Positions 16,551 through 23,785 of a stretch of 32,000 nucleotides of DNA are shown in pieces. The DNA is taken from positions 840,001-872,000 of the forward strand of contig CAVRAI010000015.1 of the NCBI GenBank assembly GCA_963718915.1, in the 5' to 3' direction. The DNA comes from an uncultured Chloroflexia bacterium. Lineage in GTDB: Bacteria > Chloroflexota > Ktedonobacteria > Ktedonobacterales > JADMIN01. Position 1 is the stretch's first letter, and every line of letters starts with the position of its first letter. The position numbers were made by a program, and so were the translations under genes. A model generated the notes under the pieces. That model did no database searches and was not told the origin of the DNA. It saw only the letters and a list, made by a program, of their open reading frames with translations.

Positions 16551-17489
16551 TCACCGTTCGCGATAGTGCTCGGCAATTTGTTCGCCCAATCCGCGAAGTT
16601 GCTCGCGAAGCTCCGGAGGCTCGAACACTTCGGCGTCGCAGCCGAGCATGGCGAAGAGCCGCGTGTAGAAGTCTAGTTCGCCGGGCGGGCAGCGGAAGGA
16701 GAGCGTGGCGCCGCCGTCTTCCTGGCGCATGAGGATCTGCCCCAGGTGCGGCTCACTTTCGAGGCGCGCGGCTCCGCTGGCGGTGAGTGTCGCGACGATC
16801 AGCGGGTGGGCGTCGTCGTCATAGGGCGGCGCGGGCGGCGGCTGCTCCGGCAGACTCTCGTCATCGGCTGGCTCCAGCGCGACGATACGGTCGACGCGAT
16901 ACATGCGTTCGGCGCCCGTCTCATAGACATATGCGTTGCAGTACCAGAAGCCCTGCTGCGCGAAGACTTCGCGGGGGTAGATCGTGCAGAAGGTGCGCCT
17001 GCGTACGGATTGATAAGTGATACGCAGCCAGTGACGTTGTCCGGTCTGTCTGGTCGCCTCGATCAGCGCGTCGAGAAACGGCGCATGCTGCCGCCGCCTG
17101 GGGACGGCGATGCTCGTGGTCCGCAGCCAGCGCTCGACCTGCGCCAGTTCCTCATCGGGCAGCAGCGCGTGAAGCTTGCCGCGTAACGTCGTCCGTTCCT
17201 GTGCGAATGGCATATCGGCGTGGCTGTCAATCGCATCGAGCGCCAGCAGCAACAGAAACATCTCGCGCGGGGTGAGCGGCAGTGGCGCGAGGCGATAGTC
17301 AGCGGGCAGCGAATAGCCACCTTTCGCGCCCTCCTGTGCGAAAATAGGCACACCAATCTCACGCAACGCCCACATGTCGCGCACAACCGTCCGCTTCGAG
17401 ACCTCGAAGCGCAGCGCGATCTCGTCTGCCGTGCGCGGGCGGCGCTGAAGCAGCAGCAAGATGCCTGTCAAGCGATCAATACGATTCAT
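16551..17489 (-). CDS. YafY-type transcriptional regulator (N-terminal wHTH plus WYL domain)
   Basis: MNRIDRLTGILLLLQRRPRTADEIALRFEVSKRTVVRDMWALREIGVPI (DeoR/HTH_11-like), followed by a WYL-like core (RTFCTIYPREVFAQQGFWYCNAY). The start is reset to ATG 17489. Confidence 0.85.
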   Translation of the reverse strand: MNRIDRLTGILLLLQRRPRTADEIALRFEVSKRTVVRDMWALREIGVPIFAQEGAKGGYSLPADYRLAPLPLTPREMFLLLLALDAIDSHADMPFAQERTTLRGKLHALLPDEELAQVERWLRTTSIAVPRRRQHAPFLDALIEATRQTGQRHWLRITYQSVRRRTFCTIYPREVFAQQGFWYCNAYVYETGAERMYRVDRIVALEPADDESLPEQPPPAPPYDDDAHPLIVATLTASGAARLESEPHLGQILMRQEDGGATLSFRCPPGELDFYTRLFAMLGCDAEVFEPPELREQLRGLGEQIAEHYRER

Positions 17490-17510
17490 AGGCAGTTCGT
17501 TCTCAACGCA

Positions 17511-17532
17511 TGGCGATCTTGGCGCATCGCCA
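17511..17532. promoter_or_regulatory. Perfect inverted repeat TGGCGAT-N8-ATCGCCA in divergent promoter region (candidate operator)
   Basis: Read directly from the sequence. It is centred in the 86-bp gap between the WYL regulator (-) and the crotonase (+). Confidence 0.3.
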
Positions 17533-17575
17533 GCACAGTCGTCCACATCGAGTATAACGTCCAGGGAGGCGGACA

Positions 17576-18442
17576 ATGACAATTCGCATAGAACGTGACG
17601 GCGCGGTGCTCACGGTGTTGCTGGATCAGTCCGAGGCGCGCAACGCGGTTGACCGCGCGACGGCGGATGCGCTGGCCCAGGCATTCCGAGACTTTGATGC
17701 CGATGAGCGCCTGCGCGTGGGGGTGCTGGCGGGCGCGGGTGACACCTTCTGCGCGGGCGCGGACCTCAAGGCGTTCGCGGTTGGCCAGCCTAATCGGCTC
17801 GAACCGAACGGCGATGGACCGATGGGGCCGACGCGCATGCTGCTGGGCAAGCCAGTGATCGCGGCTATTAACGGCTATGCGGTGGCGGGCGGGCTGGAGC
17901 TGGCGCTCTGGTGCGACCTGCGCGTGATGGACGACGACGCGATTGTCGGCGTTTTCTGCCGTCGCTGGGGTATTCCGCTGATCGACGGCGGGACTGTGCG
18001 GCTGCCACGGCTGATTGGGCTGAGCCGCGCGCTGGATCTCATCCTCACAGGCCGCGCGGTCGACGCGCAGGAGGCGCTGGCGATGGGCCTGGCGAATCGT
18101 GTCGTCCCGAAGGGGACAGCGCGCCAGGCTGCTGAGGCGCTGGCCCGCGAACTCGCCCAATTACCGCAGCTGTGCCTGCGTAGCGACCGGCTCTCGGCCT
18201 ATGAGCAGGATGATCTGTCGTTTGAGCAGGCGCTGGCAAATGAGTTCCAGCACGGCATGCGCGTAGTGCGGGCGGGCGCGGCGGAGGGAGCGCGGCGCTT
18301 CGTGGATGGCGCGGCCGCCACGGCTCCCCAGATGACGGCACGCAATGATATTCGCCCCTCGCGCGTGATTCAGTTGTTCAGCAGCTCCTGGCGCGTGGCC
18401 ATCCAGACGTTTGTGAAACCGAGCTGCCCAACGTCGAAGTAG
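17576..18442 (+). CDS. Enoyl-CoA hydratase/isomerase (crotonase) family protein; 3' end probably frameshifted (native stop likely 18346-18348)
   Basis: Motifs FCAGADLK, AVAGGLELALWCDLRV and FCRRWGIPLIDGGTVRLPR. From about 18313 the alternative frame reads GRHGSPDDGTQ-stop. The annotated frame instead gives an atypical 45-aa tail overlapping the convergent gene by 73 nt. Confidence 0.8.
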   Translation: MTIRIERDGAVLTVLLDQSEARNAVDRATADALAQAFRDFDADERLRVGVLAGAGDTFCAGADLKAFAVGQPNRLEPNGDGPMGPTRMLLGKPVIAAINGYAVAGGLELALWCDLRVMDDDAIVGVFCRRWGIPLIDGGTVRLPRLIGLSRALDLILTGRAVDAQEALAMGLANRVVPKGTARQAAEALARELAQLPQLCLRSDRLSAYEQDDLSFEQALANEFQHGMRVVRAGAAEGARRFVDGAAATAPQMTARNDIRPSRVIQLFSSSWRVAIQTFVKPSCPTSK

Positions 18443-19503
18443 AGATACAGTGCGCCGTTCTGGTAGAGCAGGTTGGCGAGATAGATGCCAAGCCAGTCTG
18501 AGACGTTGAGCGTCGAGAGGACGGGGTTGGCCGCAGACTTATGCCATGTGATGCCATCGCTGCTCGTCGCGTAGCCAAAGGCGCAGTAGTTCTTTGGCGC
18601 GGTGCCGGGAGGCGCGGCGCTGAGATAGACCATCACCCAGCCATTCTCCGTCCGCACCACATTGGGGTCGACCATCCTCTGTGAGTCCCATGCGCCATTC
18701 GCGCCCGGCAACAGCACGGGATCGCTCTCGGCATACAGTGGATCGGTCGTCTCCGGATTGTTGTACTTGCTCCAGTGGATGCCATCTGGGGAGGTCGCCA
18801 TGCCAATCGCGCCATGGGTATCGTTGAGCGAGGCGACACCGTTGTAATACATCACATAGCTGGTATTGGTTCGGACAACGCTAGGGTTGGCGACGCTCAT
18901 CGCGTCCCACGATCCCGCCCTGCCTGGCTGTAAGACGGGCGCGGCGTCGGGCGTCCATGGGCCGGTGGGCTGGGGCGCGGTCGCCCGGCCGATGGTGGCG
19001 GGTCCGCCGAATGGGGTACCGCTGTTATCGAGCGTGTAAAAATACATGACCCACGTGCCATCGGGCTGCACCAGCACGCTGGAGACGAAGATGGTCAGCG
19101 GCGCGTACTTCACCTGGCTAGAAAGCAAGACCGGGCTTTTGCTCACCTTGGTCCAGGTGCGGCCATCGGTTGAGGTCGCGTAGCCGACCGAGACGGGCGC
19201 GGGGTAGCTGATGATGCCGTTATAGAACATGTGATATTTGCCATGGTAGTAGACCATCGCGCCAGGATCGATATAGGTCGAATCCCACGCGGCCGCCGAG
19301 CCATGCGGCAGGATGGGGCCTTTCGTATTGAGGGAAAAGACCTGCGGATGGCTGGGAATGGTCATCGTCGCGGTGGGAGCGGGCGTCGGCGAGCGTGTGG
19401 CGGTGGTGGATGTTCCGCAGGCGGCGAGCAGCAGCATGAGCAGCATGAGCAGCATGAGCAGCATGAGCATCGCGAGCAAGGGCAGTGTTCCGCGCGTCTT
19501 CAT
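18370..19503 (-). CDS. Secreted lipoprotein with five-bladed beta-propeller, glycoside-hydrolase-like fold (GH43/GH32/GH130-type)
   Basis: Start reset to ATG 19503 (GGGAGGAG RBS). Signal peptide MKTRGTLPLLAMLMLL...LLLAAC has a lipobox. Repeated blades read WD....DP.v....g.y.MfYnG. Confidence 0.7.
   Translation of the reverse strand: MKTRGTLPLLAMLMLLMLLMLLMLLLAACGTSTTATRSPTPAPTATMTIPSHPQVFSLNTKGPILPHGSAAAWDSTYIDPGAMVYYHGKYHMFYNGIISYPAPVSVGYATSTDGRTWTKVSKSPVLLSSQVKYAPLTIFVSSVLVQPDGTWVMYFYTLDNSGTPFGGPATIGRATAPQPTGPWTPDAAPVLQPGRAGSWDAMSVANPSVVRTNTSYVMYYNGVASLNDTHGAIGMATSPDGIHWSKYNNPETTDPLYAESDPVLLPGANGAWDSQRMVDPNVVRTENGWVMVYLSAAPPGTAPKNYCAFGYATSSDGITWHKSAANPVLSTLNVSDWLGIYLANLLYQNGALYLYFDVGQLGFTNVWMATRQELLNN
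19432..19467. repeat. 9-bp tandem repeat CAGCATGAG x4 (encodes (LLM)n in the signal-peptide h-region)
   Basis: Four perfect copies read directly, with partial copies flanking. On the minus strand it translates to MLMLLMLLMLLMLLL. Confidence 0.9.
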
Positions 19504-19912
19504 GGGTAGTCTCCTCCCGGATGAAGCGATCAGGATGGCCAGCAAAGATAACGGCCACGCGGCTGTGGCGCTCGTATGACGCGCGAGACATTGCGCTCTT
19601 AGGGCGAGCAAACGCTGAACTCGCAGAAAACAAGCAGGGAATGCGCAGAAGTTGCGCAGACAGCAGGCACGCGGAATGCCCATGACGCCTGAATCGGAGC
19701 GGCCGAGACATCGTTCGACAGCTATGCGCGCCCTGGCGGTATGAGACGCTATGCCAGCGCGTGGTAGGCGTGACCGGCATGTGAGGATGGCGGCGCAGTT
19801 GTAACTGGCATGTGACATGCGCCCCGGTGCCAGGTGCTACCATCTGAAACACATGCAAGGATCGTTGGTGACAGCAGACAACTGCGAGATCACCTGAAAG
19901 GAAGGTTCGACG

Positions 19913-20725
19913 ATGAGCGTGCTCGATGAATTCAAGCTAACTGGCACAGTCGCGCTGGTCACGGGCGCGGCCAGTGGCATCGGGCGGGCGTTCGCCACCG
20001 GCCTGGCTGAGGCGGGGGCGCGTGTGATGTGCGCCGATGTCGCCGAAGAGGCCGCCCAGCAACTGGCGCAGTCGCTCTCCGCCGCTGGCCATGAGGCGAG
20101 CGCCGTGCGTGCCGACGTCTCGCGGGAGGATGAGGTCCGCGCGATGGTTGAGAAGACCGTCTCGGCCTTTGGCAAGCTGGATGTCGCCTTCGCGAACGCT
20201 GGCATCGGCGGGACAGGCGCGTCACTGGCGGAGATGTCGCTTGAAGCCTGGCGCCAGGTGATTGATGTCAATCTCACCGGGGTTTTCCTGACATTCCGCG
20301 AGGCGGCGCGAGCCATGCTCCGCAACCCTGAGCCACAGCGCCGCGGTCTGCGCGGAAGGCTGATCGCGACCTCCTCGATCTATGGCTCGGTCGGTGATTT
20401 CGCGGGCCTGGCGCAGGCCTATACGGCGGCAAAGGGCGGAGTGACGAATCTGGTACGCACAGCGGCGATCAGCCTGGCGGCCCAGCGCATCAGCGCGAAC
20501 GCGATTGCGCCTGGTTTCGTCCGAACGAATATTGGCGGCGGACTGCTGACGCACGCGACGGCGGAGACGCAACCATTCCTCGACGAGCTTGTGCAGCGAA
20601 CGCCACTGGGCCGTCTGGCTGAGCCTGAAGAGCTTGCCGGTATCGCGGTCTTCCTGGCGTCGCCTGCCAGCAGTTATATGACGGGGACAACCGTTGCTGT
20701 CGATGGCGGCTGGCTCGCCTGGTAA
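19913..20725 (+). CDS. SDR-family oxidoreductase (classical short-chain dehydrogenase/reductase)
   Basis: TGAASGIGRA cofactor motif, NAG, catalytic S...YTAAK, and GAAAGGAAGG RBS. Confidence 0.85.
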   Translation: MSVLDEFKLTGTVALVTGAASGIGRAFATGLAEAGARVMCADVAEEAAQQLAQSLSAAGHEASAVRADVSREDEVRAMVEKTVSAFGKLDVAFANAGIGGTGASLAEMSLEAWRQVIDVNLTGVFLTFREAARAMLRNPEPQRRGLRGRLIATSSIYGSVGDFAGLAQAYTAAKGGVTNLVRTAAISLAAQRISANAIAPGFVRTNIGGGLLTHATAETQPFLDELVQRTPLGRLAEPEELAGIAVFLASPASSYMTGTTVAVDGGWLAW

Positions 20726-20735
20726 GAACAATCGG

Positions 20736-21116
20736 TCACACGAGTGATCCACAGAGCATGCCCAGCACGGCGGCGGCGAGGCCGATTCCCACCGAGCCGA
20801 GCGCGTTCAGCCATGCGGCGCGCACCTGGCCGCTCCGATAGAGGCTGTGCGTGTCGTAGCTGAGCGTGCTAAAGGTGGTGTAGCCGCCGAGAAAGCCCGT
20901 GCCCAGCAGCAGCCGCGCCTGGGCTAGCGCGCTGCCCATTCCGCCAGCCGTCATCAGCAGACCCAGCGCGAAGGCTCCTGACGCATTGATCAACAGCGTC
21001 GCCAGTGGGAACGTGCCCGGCCAGCGCTTCGTCGCCCACTCCGAGAACGCGAAACGCGCCGCCGCGCCGGTGGCTCCGGCCAGCCCTAGCAGAACCATCA
21101 CTCCTACGGACGGCAT
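20736..21116 (-). CDS. crcB: Fluoride ion channel CrcB/FluC (second subunit)
   Basis: 126 aa with 4 TM helices and motif GFLGGYTTFSTL. Its ATG overlaps the upstream TGA by 1 nt (TGATG). Confidence 0.85.
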   Translation of the reverse strand: MPSVGVMVLLGLAGATGAAARFAFSEWATKRWPGTFPLATLLINASGAFALGLLMTAGGMGSALAQARLLLGTGFLGGYTTFSTLSYDTHSLYRSGQVRAAWLNALGSVGIGLAAAVLGMLCGSLV

Positions 21117-21598
21117 CAGTCCAGCACCTCGTCTTCCATCTCTTCTTCCAGGCTCGGCACGACATCGATGAGCGGCTTGCCCGTATTCACCACGCGCCGC
21201 TGGATGAGCGTGCCCGCCGCGTTGTAGCCGACCCAGGCGCAGCCAACGCCCATCGCTAGACTCGCGATGAAGTAGAAGGCGGCCAGTGCGGGTAATCCTG
21301 TGCGCGCCAGCATCTCGCCGCCAACAATGTAGGAGCTGAAGGTCGTGAAGGCGCCGAGGAATCCAGGCCCAGCGGCCAGCCGGACGTCATGGGGGATCGC
21401 CACGCCGCGCTCGCAGAGACCGTAGAGCATTCCAAGCGCCAGCGCGCCGGACAGGTTGATGGCAAAGATATCCCACGGGAACTGCGCCGAGGCGTGTGGG
21501 AATAGGGTCAGGGTCAACGATGTGATGGGGGCGGCGAGCAGCGCCCGCGCCAGTGTGCCGCAGAAACCACCCGCGAACACGAGTGCGATGTTGCGCAT
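21116..21598 (-). CDS. crcB: Fluoride ion channel CrcB/FluC (first subunit, with acidic C-terminal tail)
   Basis: GFCGTLAR and GFLGAFTTFSS motifs. The start is reset to ATG 21598 because the track start at 21679 would run through the riboswitch terminator. Confidence 0.8.
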   Translation of the reverse strand: MRNIALVFAGGFCGTLARALLAAPITSLTLTLFPHASAQFPWDIFAINLSGALALGMLYGLCERGVAIPHDVRLAAGPGFLGAFTTFSSYIVGGEMLARTGLPALAAFYFIASLAMGVGCAWVGYNAAGTLIQRRVVNTGKPLIDVVPSLEEEMEDEVLD

Positions 21599-21661
21599 AG
21601 GTACGATTACCTCGTCTGGAACTGGGGATGTTCGTGGGGAGTCAGCGCCGTTTTGAGGCAC

Positions 21662-21715
21662 AAAAAAACTCCTACTCACGACCCCGCAAAACAGCTTGCG
21701 TGTCGAGCGTAGAAG
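21662..21715 (-). terminator. Intrinsic terminator (expression platform of the fluoride riboswitch)
   Basis: On the minus strand, CTTCTACGCTCGAC pairs with GTCGTGAGTAGGAG (14 bp, 2 mismatches, 1 wobble) and is followed directly by TTTTTTT. The 5' arm overlaps the riboswitch 3' conserved CUUCUAC segment. Confidence 0.65.
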
Positions 21716-21768
21716 CCATCAGCGCCGCCATCGTGGGCGGAACGGTTGGTGGTGAGCCTCATCACCAG
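21709..21768 (-). promoter_or_regulatory. Fluoride riboswitch (crcB RNA motif)
   Basis: The minus strand reads GGUGAUGAGGCUCACCACCAACCGUUCCGCC-CACGAU-GGCGGCGCUGAUGGCUUCUAC. This parallels the crcB-motif consensus (GGnGAUGnGGCnCnCC..AAC..hairpin..CUGAUGGCnUCUAC), and the pseudoknot GAGGCU/GGCUUC is preserved by wobble pairs. It lies upstream of two crcB genes. Confidence 0.85.
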
Positions 21769-21813
21769 CATCGAGAGTGCGCCTGCACAGGCGCTTCACC
21801 GAATACGACTATG

Positions 21814-21842
21814 ATTCTACCACACAGCGGCGTGTTGCTGCC
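21814..21842 (-). promoter_or_regulatory. Candidate promoter for the riboswitch-crcB operon (extended -10 TGgTAGAAT, weak -35 GGCAGC)
   Basis: The minus strand reads TGTGGTAGAAT at 21824-21814. The predicted TSS is about 40 nt upstream of the riboswitch core. Confidence 0.4.
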
Positions 21843-21902
21843 ATGGACGGGGAGAAATTGCGTCGGATGCGTTGTCGGGGATTCGGTATCGTCTGGATCG
21901 TC

Positions 21903-21978
21903 TGGTGGGTGATACTGGACTTGAACCAGTGACCTCGTCGGTGTGAACGACGCGCTCTGCCGGCTGAGCTAATCACCC
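21903..21978 (-). tRNA. tRNA-Val (anticodon CAC), CCA encoded
   Basis: The reverse complement folds as a cloverleaf. Acceptor GGGTGAT/ATCACCC, D-arm GCTC..GAGC, anticodon stem CGTCG/CGACG with loop TTCACAC, T-arm ACTGG-TTCAAGT-CCAGT, then discriminator A plus CCA. Confidence 0.9.
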
Positions 21979-21990
21979 GAGCGTCTGCCT

Positions 21991-22011
21991 CATGGGCTGC
22001 GGAAGCCCATG
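21991..22011 (-). terminator. Hairpin CATGGGCT-gcgga-AGCCCATG downstream of malQ / upstream of tRNA-Val
   Basis: Perfect 8-bp stem with a 5-nt loop, 63 nt after the malQ stop. There is no U-tract, so terminator function is uncertain. Confidence 0.3.
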
Positions 22012-22073
22012 GATGCCCATCAAGAATAGCATATGCGGGCGGCAGGCGTCAAACGCGGGGTGCGCTCATTTCG

Positions 22074-23594
22074 TCACTCATCGCTATGCTGCTGTTTATC
22101 AGCTGATGCGCGCCCGTAGAGAGTCGCCATCGCGGCGAGACGTGCGGCGACCGCTGGCGTCAGCAGATCTGGCGGGCAGCGCCATGCCCAGTTGTGCTCG
22201 GGTATTGATGGATAATTCATGCGCGCCTCACTGCCAAGCTCCAGCGGATCCTGCAACGGCAGTATCGCGAGATGTGCCACCGATGCCTCGGCGGCGCGGA
22301 TCATATCCCAGACGATATCTTGCTCATTGCTGCGCAGGTATTCCAGGGCGTGGTGGCGTTCGGATGGCGCGAGCGACGCGAACCAGCCGCGGGTAGTGTC
22401 GTTGTCGTGCGTGCCAGTATAGACAACTGTGTTGCGTGTGTAGTTGTGCGGCAGGAAGCCGTTGCCGGCGTCGGAGCCAAAGCCAAATTGCAGCACGCGC
22501 ATGCCCGGAAGCTTGAGCCGCTTGCGCAACGCGACTACCTCTGGGGTAATGACGCCGAGGTCTTCGGCGACGAAAGGCACATCGCCAAGCGCGTCGTGGA
22601 TCGCGGTAAAGAGCGCCTCGCCCGGCCCCGGCTCCCAGTGGCCTGATACCGCCGTCTCGGCCTCGCCCGGAATCTCCCAATACGCCTCAAAGCCGCGAAA
22701 ATGATCGAGCCGCAGGTAATCCTGAAGCTGGAGCGCCTGCCGGACTCGCGCGATCCACCAGCGGTAGCCATCCGCCGCCAGGGCGTTCCAGTCGTAGATT
22801 GGGTTTCCCCAACGCTGTCCCGTCGCGCTGAAGTAGTCTGGTGGGACGCCCGCAACCACTGCCGGGCCTCCGGTGTTATCCAGTTGAAAGAGTTCCTGAT
22901 GCGCCCAGACATCGGCGCTGTCATGGGCAATGAAGATCGCGAGGTCACCCATGATGTGGATATCGCGGGCATGAGCGGAGGCGCGCAACAGCGACCAGTG
23001 GCGAAAGAACTGGAATTGAGCATAGGCGTGGAAGGCAATCTCATCGGCTAGCGAGGTGCGGGCATCGGCCAGCGCCTCCGGGTCGCGCACCGCATACGGA
23101 CGCGGCCAGTCCGTCCAGGCTTTGCCCTCGAAGCGCGCCTTGAGCGCCATGAAGAGCGCGTAATCGTCGAGCCAGTCGCGCTCCTGTTCGCAGAATCCAC
23201 GGAAATATTCGCGTAGCGCTGGCCGACCATGCTGCTGCAGGTACTGATATGAGCGCCGCAGGAGCGCCATCTTCCATGGGAAAGCGGTCTCATAATCTAC
23301 TCGCGTGGGGTCGAACGCGGGAGCGTCATCGAGGGCATCCGCGGGAAGAAACTGCTCGTTGATCAGTAACTCCGGCGAGACTAGCAACGGGTTGCCCGCG
23401 AATGCCGAGAGCAGCGAATAGGGGGAGTCGCCGTGGCCTGTCGGACCAAGGGGCAGCGTCTGCCAGATACGCTGGCCACTGGCGACGAGAAAATCGAGGA
23501 AGTCAAGGGCGCCCAGCCCGAGGTCACCGACCGCGAACCGACCTGGAAGCGATGTAGGATGCGCCAGGATACCACTGGCCCGAGGCCATTTCAT
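22074..23594 (-). CDS. malQ: 4-alpha-glucanotransferase (amylomaltase, GH77)
   Basis: N-terminal GILAHPTSLPG...WQTLPLGPTGHGDSPYSLLSAFAGNPLLVSPELL and catalytic-region motifs LRLDHFRGF, VAEDLG and YTGTHDN. Confidence 0.9.
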   Translation of the reverse strand: MKWPRASGILAHPTSLPGRFAVGDLGLGALDFLDFLVASGQRIWQTLPLGPTGHGDSPYSLLSAFAGNPLLVSPELLINEQFLPADALDDAPAFDPTRVDYETAFPWKMALLRRSYQYLQQHGRPALREYFRGFCEQERDWLDDYALFMALKARFEGKAWTDWPRPYAVRDPEALADARTSLADEIAFHAYAQFQFFRHWSLLRASAHARDIHIMGDLAIFIAHDSADVWAHQELFQLDNTGGPAVVAGVPPDYFSATGQRWGNPIYDWNALAADGYRWWIARVRQALQLQDYLRLDHFRGFEAYWEIPGEAETAVSGHWEPGPGEALFTAIHDALGDVPFVAEDLGVITPEVVALRKRLKLPGMRVLQFGFGSDAGNGFLPHNYTRNTVVYTGTHDNDTTRGWFASLAPSERHHALEYLRSNEQDIVWDMIRAAEASVAHLAILPLQDPLELGSEARMNYPSIPEHNWAWRCPPDLLTPAVAARLAAMATLYGRASADKQQHSDE

Positions 23595-23785
23595 ACCGCG
23601 AGATACTCCTGATTAGCAATGGAATGGAACCTGGGCCGCGAAACGATAGACGCGGCGGAAACTCGCTGTAGTCTATCGCTCCGGGCGGGTGGCGTCAACG
23701 CGACAGGTGAAACTGGCATTGCGTTTCCCAGCGGAGTACAGTGTGAGCGGGAAGAAATCGTGCGACGCCAGAATGAGGTAGATCT

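Noticed and set aside
19426-19470. Short regular repeat that could be mistaken for a CRISPR-like or phase-variation tract.
   Set aside because: The unit is only 9 bp with no spacers and sits in frame inside a signal peptide. It cannot switch the frame on or off, so it is reported only as a length-variable coding repeat.
21599-21679. Track N-terminal extensions of several genes: crcB to 21679, lipoprotein to 19818, GT4 to 6908, WYL regulator to 17582, PTPS to 1823, gdh to 2563, sigma to 28143.
   Set aside because: The extensions lack homology-like sequence and are Arg/Cys/Ser-rich. They run through a riboswitch terminator, palindromes or promoter elements. Internal starts have good Shine-Dalgarno sequences and give family-typical N-termini.
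21850-22073. tRNA-Val as a possible integration hotspot or genomic-island boundary.
   Set aside because: There is no integrase and no direct repeat of the tRNA 3' end. The flanking genes (crcB, malQ) are ordinary chromosomal genes of normal composition.
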